Of a stretch of 64,000 nt of DNA, positions 50,172 through 62,846 are shown piece by piece. The stretch comes from Podarcis liolepis. Taxonomy: Eukaryota. Numbering within the stretch: position 1 is the first letter of the stretch; the number at the start of each line of letters is the position of its first letter. Below the pieces are notes generated by a model that was not told the origin of the DNA, did no database searches, and saw only the letters and a list, made by a program, of their open reading frames with translations. The stretch lies in the NCBI GenBank assembly GCA_965112155.1, contig OZ218103.1; one strand, written 5' to 3'. The translations under genes were made by a program, and so were the position numbers.

Positions 50172-51811
50172 CTGCAGAAGGAAATGGAGACATAATGCTG
50201 TAATGTCTACAGCACATGTGGGGCCTTTGTAATAAATTGTTCATCCTCACAAATTGGGGGGGTAAATCACTATTTGTATTCCCCATTTTCCAGATGGGAA
50301 GCTGAGGCCGAGTGACTCTTCTCCAAAGCCATCTGGAGTCTTCATGGCTTAGCAAGGTGTTGAACCCAGAACTTGCAGGATCGGACCACTACATCCTTTT
50401 GGCTGAACGTAATTACCCTTGACTTGTCTAGATCCAAGTGGTTGGAAGTGTTAGGTGATGTGTATATTATACTCATATACACAGGAAACCATATGTGAGC
50501 AGCTGGGAACTGGGTTCAAAATGTTCTGCTTCTACAAAAATGGAGAGTAACAGGTTAAAGAGGACTCGGGCAGCAATACTGTCTCTGCTAATGCAGTGGC
50601 TTAGAACACATGCAAACATTTACCAGGGCTCTCTGCTTCTCTTAAGGTACTGCAAGAATTGTGCAATTGTTGTGGGTTACTAATTTGCAGTTTATTAGGC
50701 TGTTGTATTTGGTTGGATCTGTTTAAATTTGCAGCTGTTTGCTTTTGCCAGCCCTTCGGTCATGGCTAGGATAGACCTCTGTTTGTTTCAAACTTCCGCC
50801 AACAAAGCTAGCAAAAATAGAAAGGGATGGCTCCTGGTCAATTGCTCCACAAGGAAATTGGCAGCCATTATATTTACTGTGGGCACAGCCAGCGCTTTTG
50901 GTTCCTCAGGCCCTAAACTGCCCTAAGAAGTGTACAGCAGAAAGCAAGTAGGCAGTGCACATCTAACCTGCCCTAAGCTTCCAGCTGCATTGTTAGAAGG
51001 CTTGGTTGTGGTGGCACAATTGCAGGGCACCCAGGAGCACTAGTGATGTGGCACTGGAGGTCTGCAGACTAGGGACCATTTGTCATGCTCCTGTTCTTTT
51101 TCACTTCAAGCGAATAGCATCTTAACACACATGTTGGGTGGGGTCACCTCTCTTATCCATACTCGCCAGTTGCATGGGAGCCTCTTTCCTGTGAGTTGAT
51201 CCCACACTCCTGGGAAGTATGAACAGCCCAGCCAAATGGTGGATCTTTCCCACTGGCTTTCAACCCTGTCGAGTGCCAGTGAGGTGCAAAAGACTTAAAT
51301 GACTAGTCTTACCCATGTTGCTGCATTCACACCTGCTCTCCAGTGATGTGGGATCTCTCTGCAGGGAAGTGACTCCCGTGCTGCTTAGCATCTATGGGAA
51401 GGGGACTACTGGCTTGGAGATCGTGGGTTGCATACAGGGTTCCTGTTGCATTCCCACATTAGACTTCCGCTTGCACAATGGAGCTTACTCTTCCATCTCC
51501 ATCCCCACCCTCTCCATCCTCAAGATCTGCTCTGGAGGATTGGGGGTCCTTCCAAAGCATGGGGAGAGAGGAGGAGGGGAAAGTCTAGTTGTACAAGTAG
51601 AGCTCTTGTGCAGCATTGAATGGAACGCTATGGTAAGGCACAAGGAAAGAAGTGATCTGCAGAAGCTTGCTGCATTTCAAAAGATGGAGAAGCCTGACAG
51701 GGCAAGTTCGTTTGCTTTGTGTACTACATATGTTTGGGGCTGATGGGATTTGTAGTCAAAAATATCTGGAGGGCACTAGCTAAAGCCGAAATGTACTATA
51801 TAAATGCATGG

Positions 51812-51814
<3 letters not shown>

Positions 51815-51859
<45 letters not shown>
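51815..51859. repeat. (CT)n microsatellite in GNAT2 intron 4
   Basis: Direct reading. Confidence 0.95.
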
Positions 51860-51862
<3 letters not shown>

Positions 51863-51939
51863 GTCTCTCTGCCACAACCCCTTCTGCTGGCAATATTGCC
51901 TCTCCCCTCCCCAATATGCTTCCACAGGGACCAACTTAC

Positions 51940-52097
51940 TAGGAGGCAGAGTCGTTGAGCTGGTACTCAGCGGCTCGCTCAAAGCAGGCCTGAACACCTG
52001 CATCCTTCCAGAGTTTGGTTATACAGTCCACTAGCTCTGGAGGCATGGTTCCTTCTTCAATGGAGTCAGCCAAGTTGAACAGCTGTCGCCCCTCATC
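51940..52097 (-). CDS. GNAT2: GNAT2 exon 4 (158 nt)
   Basis: Manual translation [52 protein letters not shown]; donor GTAAGT. Confidence 0.96.
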
Positions 52098-52814
52098 CTG
52101 TAAAGAGACAGAGCCTGTAAGGAGACTGTGGTTTCCTTGGTGACAAGGGTACGGCAGAACCTCATATTCAAGTGTTTGTATTTTGCACCCTCACAACCTG
52201 TTTTTAGCCGCACGGTTTGGGCACTTCATAATTTCCTCCTTTCTGACTTTGCAGAGGTCTTCTTACAGGGCATGCATCAAATCAGAGGACAACAATGCAT
52301 TTTAAAAAAAGGAGGAACAGTTGTTTACCAGGGCCATTATTGACAAGGAATTGAAGAAAAAAGTTCAAATTGCAACAAATCAACTTTGGTCTGGAGATTT
52401 AATAAACAACAAAAAACCTCCTATGGTTGGTCAATGGTTTCTCAAGTTGAGCATTTATTGGGAAGTATTATGAGAAGGTGCAAATACAGTAAGCATCTGC
52501 TGGAGATGATTTAAGCTATAGGGGAAAAGCTGGTCTAGAAATGTGTCTGTGCTTCCACATTACCACTCACGTGGATGCAGGTGTGTGTGCTACCATCTTG
52601 GCACCTTCTGTGTGGTGACCTGCTCCAACATGGCTTCTTTCCAGAAACATCATGTGTTGGGTGGTGTCCCAGCACACTCTCACTCTTACCTTTTTCAGTA
52701 AGTACTTTGATTCTCACCATTAATGGTGTTAGGTAGGAGAAGGTAAAGTGCAACTGTGGCCACAGCCTAGGTACCACTGGAGGTCTTATTCTGACACCAT
52801 AATTCTAGGAGCGA

Positions 52815-52984
52815 AGGAAGCTGCCTTATAGACCAGCTGTTCATCTCTCTCCGAACTGACTGCACTGACTGGCAGTGCCCTCACCTGTATCTCATACAAG
52901 AGAATCTTTCCCAACCCATTCCAGAGATGCTGAGGACCTTCTGCATGCAAACCAGATGCTCTACTGCTGAGTTACAGCCCTTCT
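52815..52984 (-). mobile_element. Squam3-like SINE
   Basis: AGGAAGCTGCCTTATA...GGACCTTCTGCATGCAAACCAGATGCTCTACTGCTGAGTTACAGCCCTTC. Confidence 0.7.
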
Positions 52985-53432
52985 ATGAATCAGCTCCGGT
53001 GAATCTATGGCTACTGCTCTTGAAAAGTGGTCTTTAGCCACCAGGTGGCATCATCCCGTAGCTGCTTCGACTTGAGGCTGAAGCCCAAATCTCTTTTTGA
53101 TATCTTATGAAGGGTGCAGCACAGTGCACTGAGATCACAGTTATACTAACTCTTACTGTTCTGGTGCTTGGCTATTCCACCTGTCCTTTCCTACCTATTT
53201 TTCTTCAGAACATCTCATGGGAATAAAGATAGGAAACGTATCTAGCGGCAATGGCATTCCTGTTGTATGATTATACATATTGACCTTGAACACAAATAAA
53301 CAAACTTTAATAGCAGGTCCCTTTTTAGCACATCAGCCACATTGTAGCTGCAAATGCCTTGGCCCTCCCCTTTTCCAGAGATCCTCATTCGCTCAACGAA
53401 AACATGCTCCTGTCATGCACAAGGATACTGAC

Positions 53433-53574
53433 CGCTCGGCTTGAATCCGCATAATCAATCCCCAGGGTGGTCATGGCTCTGATGATGGCCAAGATGGACT
53501 GCAAGATGTTGCCGTAAATAACTGCTTTGAACTCCAAACATTCTTCTTCCGTGTAACCATCTTGATGGATAATC
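53433..53574 (-). CDS. GNAT2: GNAT2 exon 3 (142 nt)
   Basis: [47 protein letters not shown]; donor GTCAGT. Confidence 0.96.
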
Positions 53575-54473
53575 CTGGGTAAGAAGGGGGGCGGGGGAGA
53601 GGGAACAGTCGCCATAGATGAAATAACCACTCTGGATCTTCTTGAGAAGTTCTACCCATTTTATAGAGATGCATAATAAATGGCATCTATTTGCTCTGGG
53701 GGAAGAAAGTTTTTTAAAAGGACCATAATCTAAGACATCACAGAGTAAAACCTGCCCCAAACCACATTGGCTGAGATGACCATGTCTGGGTGAGGAACAC
53801 ATTTTGCCCTGTGCCTGATTGTACTCCATGGGGCAGCAGTTTTGACATTTTCCCAGAACAATAAATGGCTCCCATTAATTGTGCAGCAAAAATGAGAATA
53901 CTGCCTATTCCATTGAAAGGCCTTGAGTTTTATTTGTATGTTGCTTGAATGTGAAGGCTGTAAGTCCTAGATACATGGACAGATATGATGTATAAGGTCA
54001 TCACCTATAAAGGATTGTAGGAAAATGTTGCCAAGATGCCTCATGATATATAATTAGCTGCCCTTTCACTGAAGGCCTGTGTATTAAAATGATGGCCGTT
54101 AAGTTTGTAGGTCACTTTTCTATTGTTGGAATTCATGAGTAGGGTAGGTGGGTGTGGGTGTGGGTGTAGTCACATTGGTTACTGCTACAGTTTAAGATGC
54201 CTCTTCCTGTATGGTTTGCACTTTCACTCTGGTGTTAAATCTAAGTTCCCAGAAAGTTTTGAGTATCCCAGGGAATACTAAAGGCTACTAAAGGAAGAGT
54301 AACAGAACTGCATTTATCTTTTGCTGTTTGTTTGTCAGTTCATAAGCCACAGGGCTTAGAAATATGACATTATGGACTTTGCCATCAGCCTTTATTGCAG
54401 GCTTATTATTATGAGGATTACTAAAACCATGTGCAGGGAAATTAATGTAGATTAGTCAATGAATCTGCTATAG

Positions 54474-54610
54474 CAGGAACTAGGGATCTGGTGCCCTCCA
54501 GATGTTGTGGACTACAATTCCCATTAGTCCCAGTCAGCATGGCCAATGGTCAGGGATGATGGGAGTTGTAGTCCAGCAACATCTAGAGGGCAATAGGTTC
54601 CCCATCTCTG
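54474..54610. mobile_element. Palindromic hAT MITE (CCAGATGTT..GGACTACAA family)
   Basis: Internal inverted repeat; 8-bp TSD TGCTATAG. Confidence 0.85.
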
Positions 54611-54899
54611 TGCTATAGCATATAAAGCATTATTTCTTCCTTATCCTGCTCAGGATCAGCTTGTGAAGCAAGCAGTTATTCCATGTTGCCCTAGCTTGCT
54701 TTTAACTAAATGCTATTTTTATTTGTGTTTTAAGCCTTCCATAATCTAAGTTATTTGTCCCAGCTCAGTCCTGTTGCCAACAACAGCCTCTAAATGTGCT
54801 ACTCTGGGTTGGTGTGGGATAGCAACGCAGGAGGAAAAGGGCTCAAGGACGCCCCTGTTTTTAGGGCTCTTGGCCCCCAGTCTAGAAGGCAATACTCAC

Positions 54900-54942
54900 T
54901 TCATCTGTTTGACAATTGTACTCTTGCCTGACTCTCCAGCAC
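54900..54942 (-). CDS. GNAT2: GNAT2 exon 2 (43 nt, P-loop)
   Basis: tttcAG|GTGCTGGAGAGTCAGGCAAGAGTACAATTGTCAAACAGATGAA|GTGAGT = GAGESGKSTIVKQMK. Confidence 0.95.
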
Positions 54943-56700
54943 CTGAAAGAAGTAAAAGGAAACAGATTAGTGGCAGAATATGGGGAAAGATACACATGCA
55001 GATCACTTTGCTAAAAGACAGGGGTCGTTTTGTCTTGGCACTTAACTATTTTATATTTTCTTACTGGAATGTCTTTCCATTGCCAAGTTCCCCAGTTCAG
55101 ACGTTAGGTCAGCAGGCTTACGCAAATAAATGCCCGTGGCCTATTCATATGGGTGACATAAGATCAGAGGGGACATGTGGCTTCGTGTTTGTGGAGGAAC
55201 ATCAGTGATCACCACCTCCTCCTCTGATGCACATATGGATGGACTATTCAAGTGGACAGTTAGTTGCTTGAGCAAGATAGCTGCACACGTCTTCTTAAGC
55301 AACACCTAGGGTAAATGATATGGCAGTATACAGGAGCTTTAGAAACTGCAGGTGACATTAGATAGGTCAAATTGGCACGCTTCATTTGTGCTTATATCCA
55401 GCTGGCTTTCTGAAAGGTGGTGTTTTGCAATTTTGTGCACCTAATTCAGATTTTTAACTTGACATTTTGAAAGCGATGGATGGGATGTAAGGTGGGCATG
55501 ATGGTTTGGGGGGGGGAGAGGAAATTACGGTATACATCGTGGGGAACAGGAGCATAGGCTAGCAAACTCGACAGCCCAAAGAGCTTGAGACATGCTGCAG
55601 GAGGTGTTGTTGCTCATTATTGCCCTGCATCTTGGCAATACCACACACCCCATTCTTTGTGCAGTAACTGAGGTTCAACCCAGTGTTGAAGTCCAGTCCC
55701 AGATATCTGGGAGGGCAAAGGCTTGCTTAGTAATATAAGCAGGGTGGTGTGTGCATTGTTTGATGTGTCTTGATATATATCCCAAAGTGGAGCCCTGGCC
55801 TATTAAAAGACATCCCACCCTGAATACTGAAGCATTCCTAATTCAAGTTGAAGACCTGTCTACAACTTTATTTATAACTGCAGTAAAGCCTGTTGCTGTT
55901 GGACCTGACTCCTTCATATATTATTTCTACATCAACCATTAATATGTACCAGTAATATTTTTTCTCTCCCTATGAAATTATTCTGAAAGCCTACTTTATT
56001 GATCGGGCCTAATCCACACATGCAGGAGAATGATGTGGCAAACGGTTTCAGAAGATATGGTGTTAGTCTTGCTTCCATTCCCCCTCTCCTCCCTCCCCGT
56101 CTTTCCTTCCTAGCATTACAGCGTAGCAAACAAAGTTTAAAATACTATCCTCCATAGAATTCCTTTGCAGAGTTTCAACATGCTCTCAATTAAGATTCCA
56201 CAGGTAGGGACTATGAACAGAGGACAAGTTAGCTCACATTTTTCTCTCCCTCCTAAACTTCAATATATTTTAGAATATTTGCCAAGGAATAAGAATATAC
56301 CTGTTTCAGTTTTCCTTCAATCCCTGACCCCCTCCATTCTCTTCCGTAGTTACAGTCTAATGTTCTAAGGTAGAAACGGTTTTGTTGCTTCAGATTATAG
56401 GTGGGGATTCAATGATTTAATGTTCTCCTGTGTTAAAAACACCCACACAATCCCTGCTAACTGAAAACTAGCACAGTAAGGAACAGTTTGGCTTTGAATC
56501 CCTCAGACTAATTTCCTAGTCTTTTTATTTGCAGGGAGTTGAAACAAAAATATGTGAAACTATTATAAAATGGAACCCACTCCTCAGCAGCCTTTCTGTT
56601 TTTGCAGTTAAATGTTACAGATCTGTACCATATATGAGTTGAAACTAACACTTGAAGAAGCTACATTTCTCTCTCCCTCTCTAAAATGGTGTATACACTA

Positions 56701-56926
56701 CAGTGGTACCTTGGGTTACATATGCTTCAGGTTACAGACTCCGCTAACCCAGAAATATTACCTCGGGTTAAGAACTTTGCTTCAGGATGAGAACAGAAAT
56801 CGTGCTCTGGCGGTGCGGCGGCAGCAGGAGGCCCCATTAGCTAAAGTGGTGCTTCAGGTTAAGAACAGTTTCAGGTTAAGAACGGACCTCCGGAACAAAA
56901 TAAGTACTTAACCCGAGGTACCACTG
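56701..56926. mobile_element. Tc1/mariner (pogo/Tigger-type) MITE, sister copy of 19714-19955
   Basis: TA|CAGTGGTACCTTGGGTTA...TAACCCGAGGTACCACTG|TA. Confidence 0.9.
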
Positions 56927-58168
56927 TAATTACAACAGATTAGTAGAGCAAGGAGTTACCGGGAACATGTAACGTGTCCCTGCTGAAAATGTAATGTGTA
57001 AAGCCTCTTGATGCAAACTGCTAAGCACAAAATCACTGCTCCAACTGCTAACTAGAAAATGCCTGCTTTTTTCCTTCATAGGCCAATGAAAGAGCTGCTG
57101 TTGTTTGCCAGTCTGACCAGTCATGTCTATTTCATTGATGAGAAAAGAGAGTGGGAGCAGTTCATTATTTGTATGGGGTTTTTTTAGAGCTTGAAATAAG
57201 TTCAAGAAAATTTCCCATCAGACTTGAGAGTACATCTCTTTGGAAATGTGGCTGTGCAGGTCTGGGTGGCAACTCTCATGGAGAAATCCACCAAACAACT
57301 GGAACTTAGAGATACCATTCCAAAAGAGATAATTTTATTGATAAATTGTTTTTGTTGCATTCAATATGGAAATTGAAAGAAATGCACTTTACACTCTCTG
57401 GCTATACAAGGACATCTTTAGAGAGACCTATTGGCATGAAAAGGGGCGCCAATGACATGGGATGTTTGTTGCAAATCTTCCACTAGGGAATATACTCTTG
57501 GACACAGATACTTCAGACACTTTCCATGTTTATCTTGAGGCTTTTGTTTTGTTTTGTTTTGTTTTAGAGAGAGAAGATGCCCTGTCTACTTGTGTCTTGC
57601 TGCAGTTATGCTGAGGTAAACATTTTTTTTCTTAAAAACAACAACAAAAACTTTAAAAATCTAAAATAGTTCGGATCTGAGCAGCATTGTGTGCTTCTTG
57701 GAGTATCTACTAAAGATGCTGGTTTTGATTTTCTGAAGAGATCTTGCACGGAAGAAGACACAGCCTTGCTAATAAAGTGTTAAATATGTTTCAGTTATTG
57801 CTGGAACAGAAAGCATTATGCGAGCCTCTCAGGGGATGCATGTTAAAGGAACAGTGCAGACAGTTAGAGGAATCTGGTCCCCACCCCCCGTGCAACTACG
57901 TCAGTCTCTATAAGTAGAAAGCCTTTGGTAATGCAGCATGGTAATGCAGTATGGATTGTGCCATTTCCAGGATGTCATACAAGAAAGCAAAAGAGGAAAT
58001 GCTGGGAGTGTTCCTACGACATGCATTAAGAATAAAGAGGCAAAGTAATTACTAAGGAAGTTACCAAGGGAATGGATTTGGATAGAGGCCAAATCATTCT
58101 GCTGGGCCTCCCTATGCTGGGCTTAGCGACACAGCCTCTTTCATATAGCAGATGCTTCTGTATCCACC

Positions 58169-58212
<44 letters not shown>
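58169..58212. repeat. (ATT)n microsatellite, tail of a minus-strand LINE 3' remnant
   Basis: Direct reading; followed by TATACCGCCC...CTCAGGGCAGTTCACA. Confidence 0.9.
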
Positions 58213-58213
<1 letters not shown>

Positions 58214-61200
58214 AGTATTGATTATATTTATATACCGCCCATACCCACAGGCCTCAGGGCAGTTCACAGGATAAAATCACAATATAAAAAAACAAAATGC
58301 ATAATCAAAATAAAAACAAGAACAACCCAATAACCCCCCGCAAATAATCAGAGAGAGAAAATAGAATTTTAAAAGCACATACACAATATTTGTAATGAAA
58401 AATATAAAAATAAGCACCCATCAGGTATCATCAAGGAGTAGATTAAAAGTTCAATTTAACTGCCTTTCAAATCAAAACATTTTAGCCATTGGTCGTCCCC
58501 CCCCCCCCAATTGCAACCATTTATAGAAGCTCTTTGATCCAGTGCAGTGGAGGCTGGATTTAATATTTTGGCTGGCTGCTTTAATATTTTGATTTTTCAT
58601 TTCTGAAATGCCTCAGGTTTCCTCCCAGTATTGTGCATGAACTGTTTAGGAGACAAAACTTCAGTCTAATAAGGATTTGTGGTCTTGGTGCTTGCAGTGT
58701 ACACTGTTCCTATTCTTTAGATGGCAAAGTGGCCTGGCAGGAAGATTCTTTCTTATCCTCACCTGGCTATTCTTGGTTATTTCTCACTGATATCTCTCTT
58801 TTTGTCCATCCCCTCCCCCCCCCTCTCTCTCACACACAGAGAGAAATCTAGCATGCTAAATGCACTCAATAATTTGATTGTATGATTGTCATGGCAGCTC
58901 TTGGATTCTGCTTGTGAAATCACTAGTAGTAAGAAACACAACTCCATCCTAGGGTGCCATTTCATATTCCAAAATCGAGTAGTTGTGGAATTATATCTAA
59001 CTCAAGGAGAAAGTAGACTGCCTACAGATGATATGAGGCCACAGACAAACTGTGGTTCCTCACAGGCTGGCATTCAGCCTTAAGCACCGAGGTCAAGAAA
59101 TGAGGCCATCTCAGTATCTCTTTCTGTCTGTCTGTCTCTCTCTCTCCTAAACATTTCTATTGCTGTCTGTTAACCCAGCACAAGTAGAAGGTTAAATACT
59201 GAAGCCAACAATGACTAGGTAAACTAAGACCAGCCTTTGAAATTACTAGGTAGGCCAGGCCTATGCTGAATGTCACCCCTGGCAGGTGCGTAGGAGCAGT
59301 TCACAGCATGGTTCCAAGGTTTGCTCCTGGATCTAGTTCCAAAAAAAGCTGCCCCGTAAACTTGTAGATGGGGGTGCTCCCACGGAATATGTGGCCTGGA
59401 ATCAGGGAGGGACACCATCTCCACTGCCACTCCTCAACTGGCACCCCTACTTTTATATTTTATTTGCAGGTTCAGCACTTTACTGATGTGCCAATCAGGC
59501 TAACCCCGGTCAGCAAACCAGAGTACAGATATCCCCCTTCAGCAATGGAGGCTGGTCTAATAGGGCAAATGGGGAATAGCCCCTCCACCTCAGTCTGCCC
59601 CAGAAGCCAGCCCCTACTTGCCTGTCTTGTTCAGTGCAACCAATCAGGCCGTGGCTCTGCCTGTCATTGGTTCTGGCTCCACCTACTGTTGGCACATCTG
59701 CCTTCCGCCCTACCAGTCCTAATGAGGATCAGCTACCATTGCCCTCTGGGCAAGGCCACCGTCACTTCTGTTACATGGGAGCTGATGTTGCATGGGAGCT
59801 AGCGTTACTGCCATATTGAATTAATGATGCATGGATTTACTGTCAGCTGGAAATACCCCATGTACATTACTACCCCTAGGGCCAAATCAGACTGTGTATT
59901 GGAGTTGAATCCCAACAACTTCTGGAAGGTTCCTCACCCTTCTGTACTAGAACTAAACACAAAAAACCAGTCCTTCAAGATAGTTGTCTAGACAACTTTT
60001 TCATTTAAGGGAAGTACCTAGGTTTTGCTAAGCAGGGCACACTTGTGAACCACATTCCTATACCTCCTTTCCTGTGAATAAACCCCATTGAAATCAATAG
60101 GATTTACTTCTGCATAGGATTACACTATAAATGCCCCTCTCCACGTTTGTATCAAACCATACCTCCACCTACAGGTATTCCAATTCTAGTGACGGCCAAC
60201 AGCCCTAAGTTGAGACAACCTGGAGCCAATGTGGGCTATTTTTAAAAAGGCAACAATATAGTCCCAATTATGTTTTAAAATTTGCTTAGTTACAGAGGCC
60301 TTCTCACCGCTGCAAAGTAGATTCATAATAGTAACTTCCACTGGGACTGATTCATATTTTACCTCACATCAGTAGATATTTGCGTTTTAGATGTGCTGGC
60401 TTAGAAGTGTGTGTTCTTTAGGTGCTCACTTTTTCAGGAGTAGGGAAGCTTTTTCAGCCTGAGGGCAGCATTGCCTTATGGGCAGCCCTCAGTGGTGGGT
60501 GGAGCCAGAGGCCAAAGTAGGCGGAGCAACAGATCAGATGCTTGAACAGTAGTCAAGAGGTTGCTACACATACACACCTCCACCTCCATCCTGGCAATTG
60601 AGTACTATCATACTTCAGGGACACATTCCAGCTAGTCAAAAGCACAAGGAAGGGTGCAGGGAAAGGCTGGAAAGGAGGTATGGGTCTGATGGGAATTCCC
60701 ATAAAGGGCCTGAGGTTCCCCACCCGGCTCTATTTCTCAACAGTTATCTTCTTCGCTTGCCCTTCAGTCTTCTTCAGCAGCCACAGTATGTTTCCTCATC
60801 TCATCACCTTAAGCTGCTTATTCCAAAACAGGAAGCTGCTTAGAATTAGGACTTAATCACCCTGATCCTAACCTCCCTGCTGTCACCTGAAGGAACCCAT
60901 CTTGCACAGTGGCAGGCAAGCACAGGCTATCTGCACATTTGATATATGCTACTTCAGCTATTTGATCTATGCTCTTCTTCTTTTTTCTTCCTGTGGAAGG
61001 TTTATTGCAAGAAGCCATTTTGTTGGAGCAAGCACATGGGATCCTGCTTCTTTTCCATGCAGGAGGAGTTTCCATGCAACCCACTGCTCCTAATAGCAGT
61101 GGTTTCTAATTTCTCAAACTTTGACTTGGCTGAGCTAAAAGGTGGGAGTGGCAACATCTTTTCCTGCTGCATGTAGAATGCCAGAGGTGCTTTTATCTTG

Positions 61201-61505
61201 ATCTTTGAATTCTCAGGGGCTGGGTGGGTGAACAGGCTTTCTGGCCGGGGTGTGACATCTGTGTTCCTATATCCTCTAGGCCTTTGTGTCTGGAGAAGCC
61301 TGTGCTTTTCAGAACACTATTGAATGAGCTGGCACAAGGTGTTCCCTTTCCTTTGCCCAGCAATAAACTGTGCACTGCTGTTCATTTCTGCATATCAACT
61401 GCACCTACGGTCACCCACTACGGGACTCTAAAAATTCACTGAGCTCGCACAACTTTACAAGATGTCCAGCTACTTTCTTTAACCATGCGCTTTCTTGTCT
61501 CAAAC

Positions 61506-61612
61506 TTATAATAATAATAATAATAATTTATTATTTGTACCCCGCCCATCTGGCTGGGTTTCCCCAGCCACTCTGGGCGGCTTCCACAGAAACCAAAAAA
61601 CACTAAAATATC
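61506..61612 (-). mobile_element. L2-like LINE 3' fragment
   Basis: (ATA)n tail plus CCCGCCCATCTGGCTGGGTTTCCCCAGCCACTCTGGGCGGCTTCCA. Confidence 0.6.
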
Positions 61613-61931
61613 AGCCACACAGGCAGGGCATCATTCAGATGAGTTTATATGTGCAGCTTATTTTGTGCCACCTCCTGTAAAATCTCCATTAGTCACTTTC
61701 TTCCCACTAATTCACATTCTAGATTAGTTCATGGCAGAGAGCAACATCTGGTAGCCCACAGATTCCCCATCCCTGGGTTATGGAAACAGCTCACAGCTAT
61801 GAGCCACACAGGCAGGGCATCATTCAGATGAGTTTATATGTGCAGCAATCAGGAGCTTGGGAAGATGTACACTCCTAGGAGCACTGCACATCCTGGTTAT
61901 ACTTGGAAAGTCATCAGCCACAAAAACCACG

Positions 61932-62375
61932 GATAAGAACATAAGAGCCCTGATGGATTATACCAAAGAGCTAACTGAGTTCGGCATCCTGCTTCTCACA
62001 GCAGCCAACCGGATGCCTATTGTAAACCGACAGAAGAAGGCGAGGGTAATATTCCAGTTCTGCTGTGGCTCCCTAGCAATTGCTATTCAGATGGCCTGCT
62101 GCTTTTGATCCTGTAGGTAGTATGCAGCCATACTGATGAGCAACCATTGATTGCCTTATCTTTCATGAACTTCTCTAATTCTCTTCCAAAGCTGTCCAGG
62201 TTGGTGGCTATCACCACATCTTGTGCTAGCAAATACTGCAGTTTATGTGGTGTGCAAAATACTTCCTTCTATCTGTCCTGTATCTCTTGACATTCAGTGT
62301 CAGTCTCGTATTATGAGAGAAGGTGCAAAACCTTTCCTCTATCCATTTTCTCTGCACAATGCATAATTTTATACT
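61932..62375 (-). mobile_element. Old CR1-like LINE 3' fragment
   Basis: ATAAGAACATAAGAGCCCTG tail...GCATCCTG...GGCTATCACCACATCTTGTG...AAAATACTTCCTT. Confidence 0.6.
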
Positions 62376-62724
62376 CCCATACTTGTCTCCCCTCCACCTC
62401 ACGCACCAAAAGTAAATAATTGTCAGGAGCCAGTCTATGACAATAACCAGCTTTGAGGGGCACATGAAGCATCACTGAAGGTGTCTGAAGATATCAAGTG
62501 GGAATGTTCAGCATTGCATGGAATTACAACTTGGGGGGGGGGGAGAGGACCCACTCTTGCCTCTCAGTAAAGCTGTCTAGAATGAAAGTCAATCTATTTT
62601 GATGCTGGCCTTCTGCCGGTCTCCTTTCATGTTTAGTGACAAGAGGTTCAGGGGATAGATACCGAAACCACATAGGGACAAACCTCCATTGCTGGTCTGA
62701 ATACCAACCCCAAAGCACAAAGGG

Positions 62725-62846
62725 TACCTGGAATCAATCAATACTCTTTCAGCAAAAGGATAATACCTGGAATCAATCAATACTCTTTCAGCAAAAGGAT
62801 AATACCTGGAATCAATCAATACTCTTTCAGCAAAAGGATAATACCT
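62725..62846. repeat. 39-bp tandem repeat, 3 perfect copies + 5 nt
   Basis: TACCTGGAATCAATCAATACTCTTTCAGCAAAAGGATAA x3. Confidence 0.95.

Noticed and set aside
51315-51743. 142-aa plus-strand ORF in GNAT2 intron 4
   Set aside because: No recognisable homology or splice context; ends in a MITE remnant
60857-61084. GNAT2 exon 1 candidates (MGC... ORF and ATGGGTTCC at ~60900)
   Set aside because: The first begins with GTG; neither resembles the transducin N-terminal helix, and donor phases do not fit exon 2
62725-62846. CRISPR-like array of ~39-bp repeats
   Set aside because: Units are contiguous with no spacers; eukaryotic context with no cas genes
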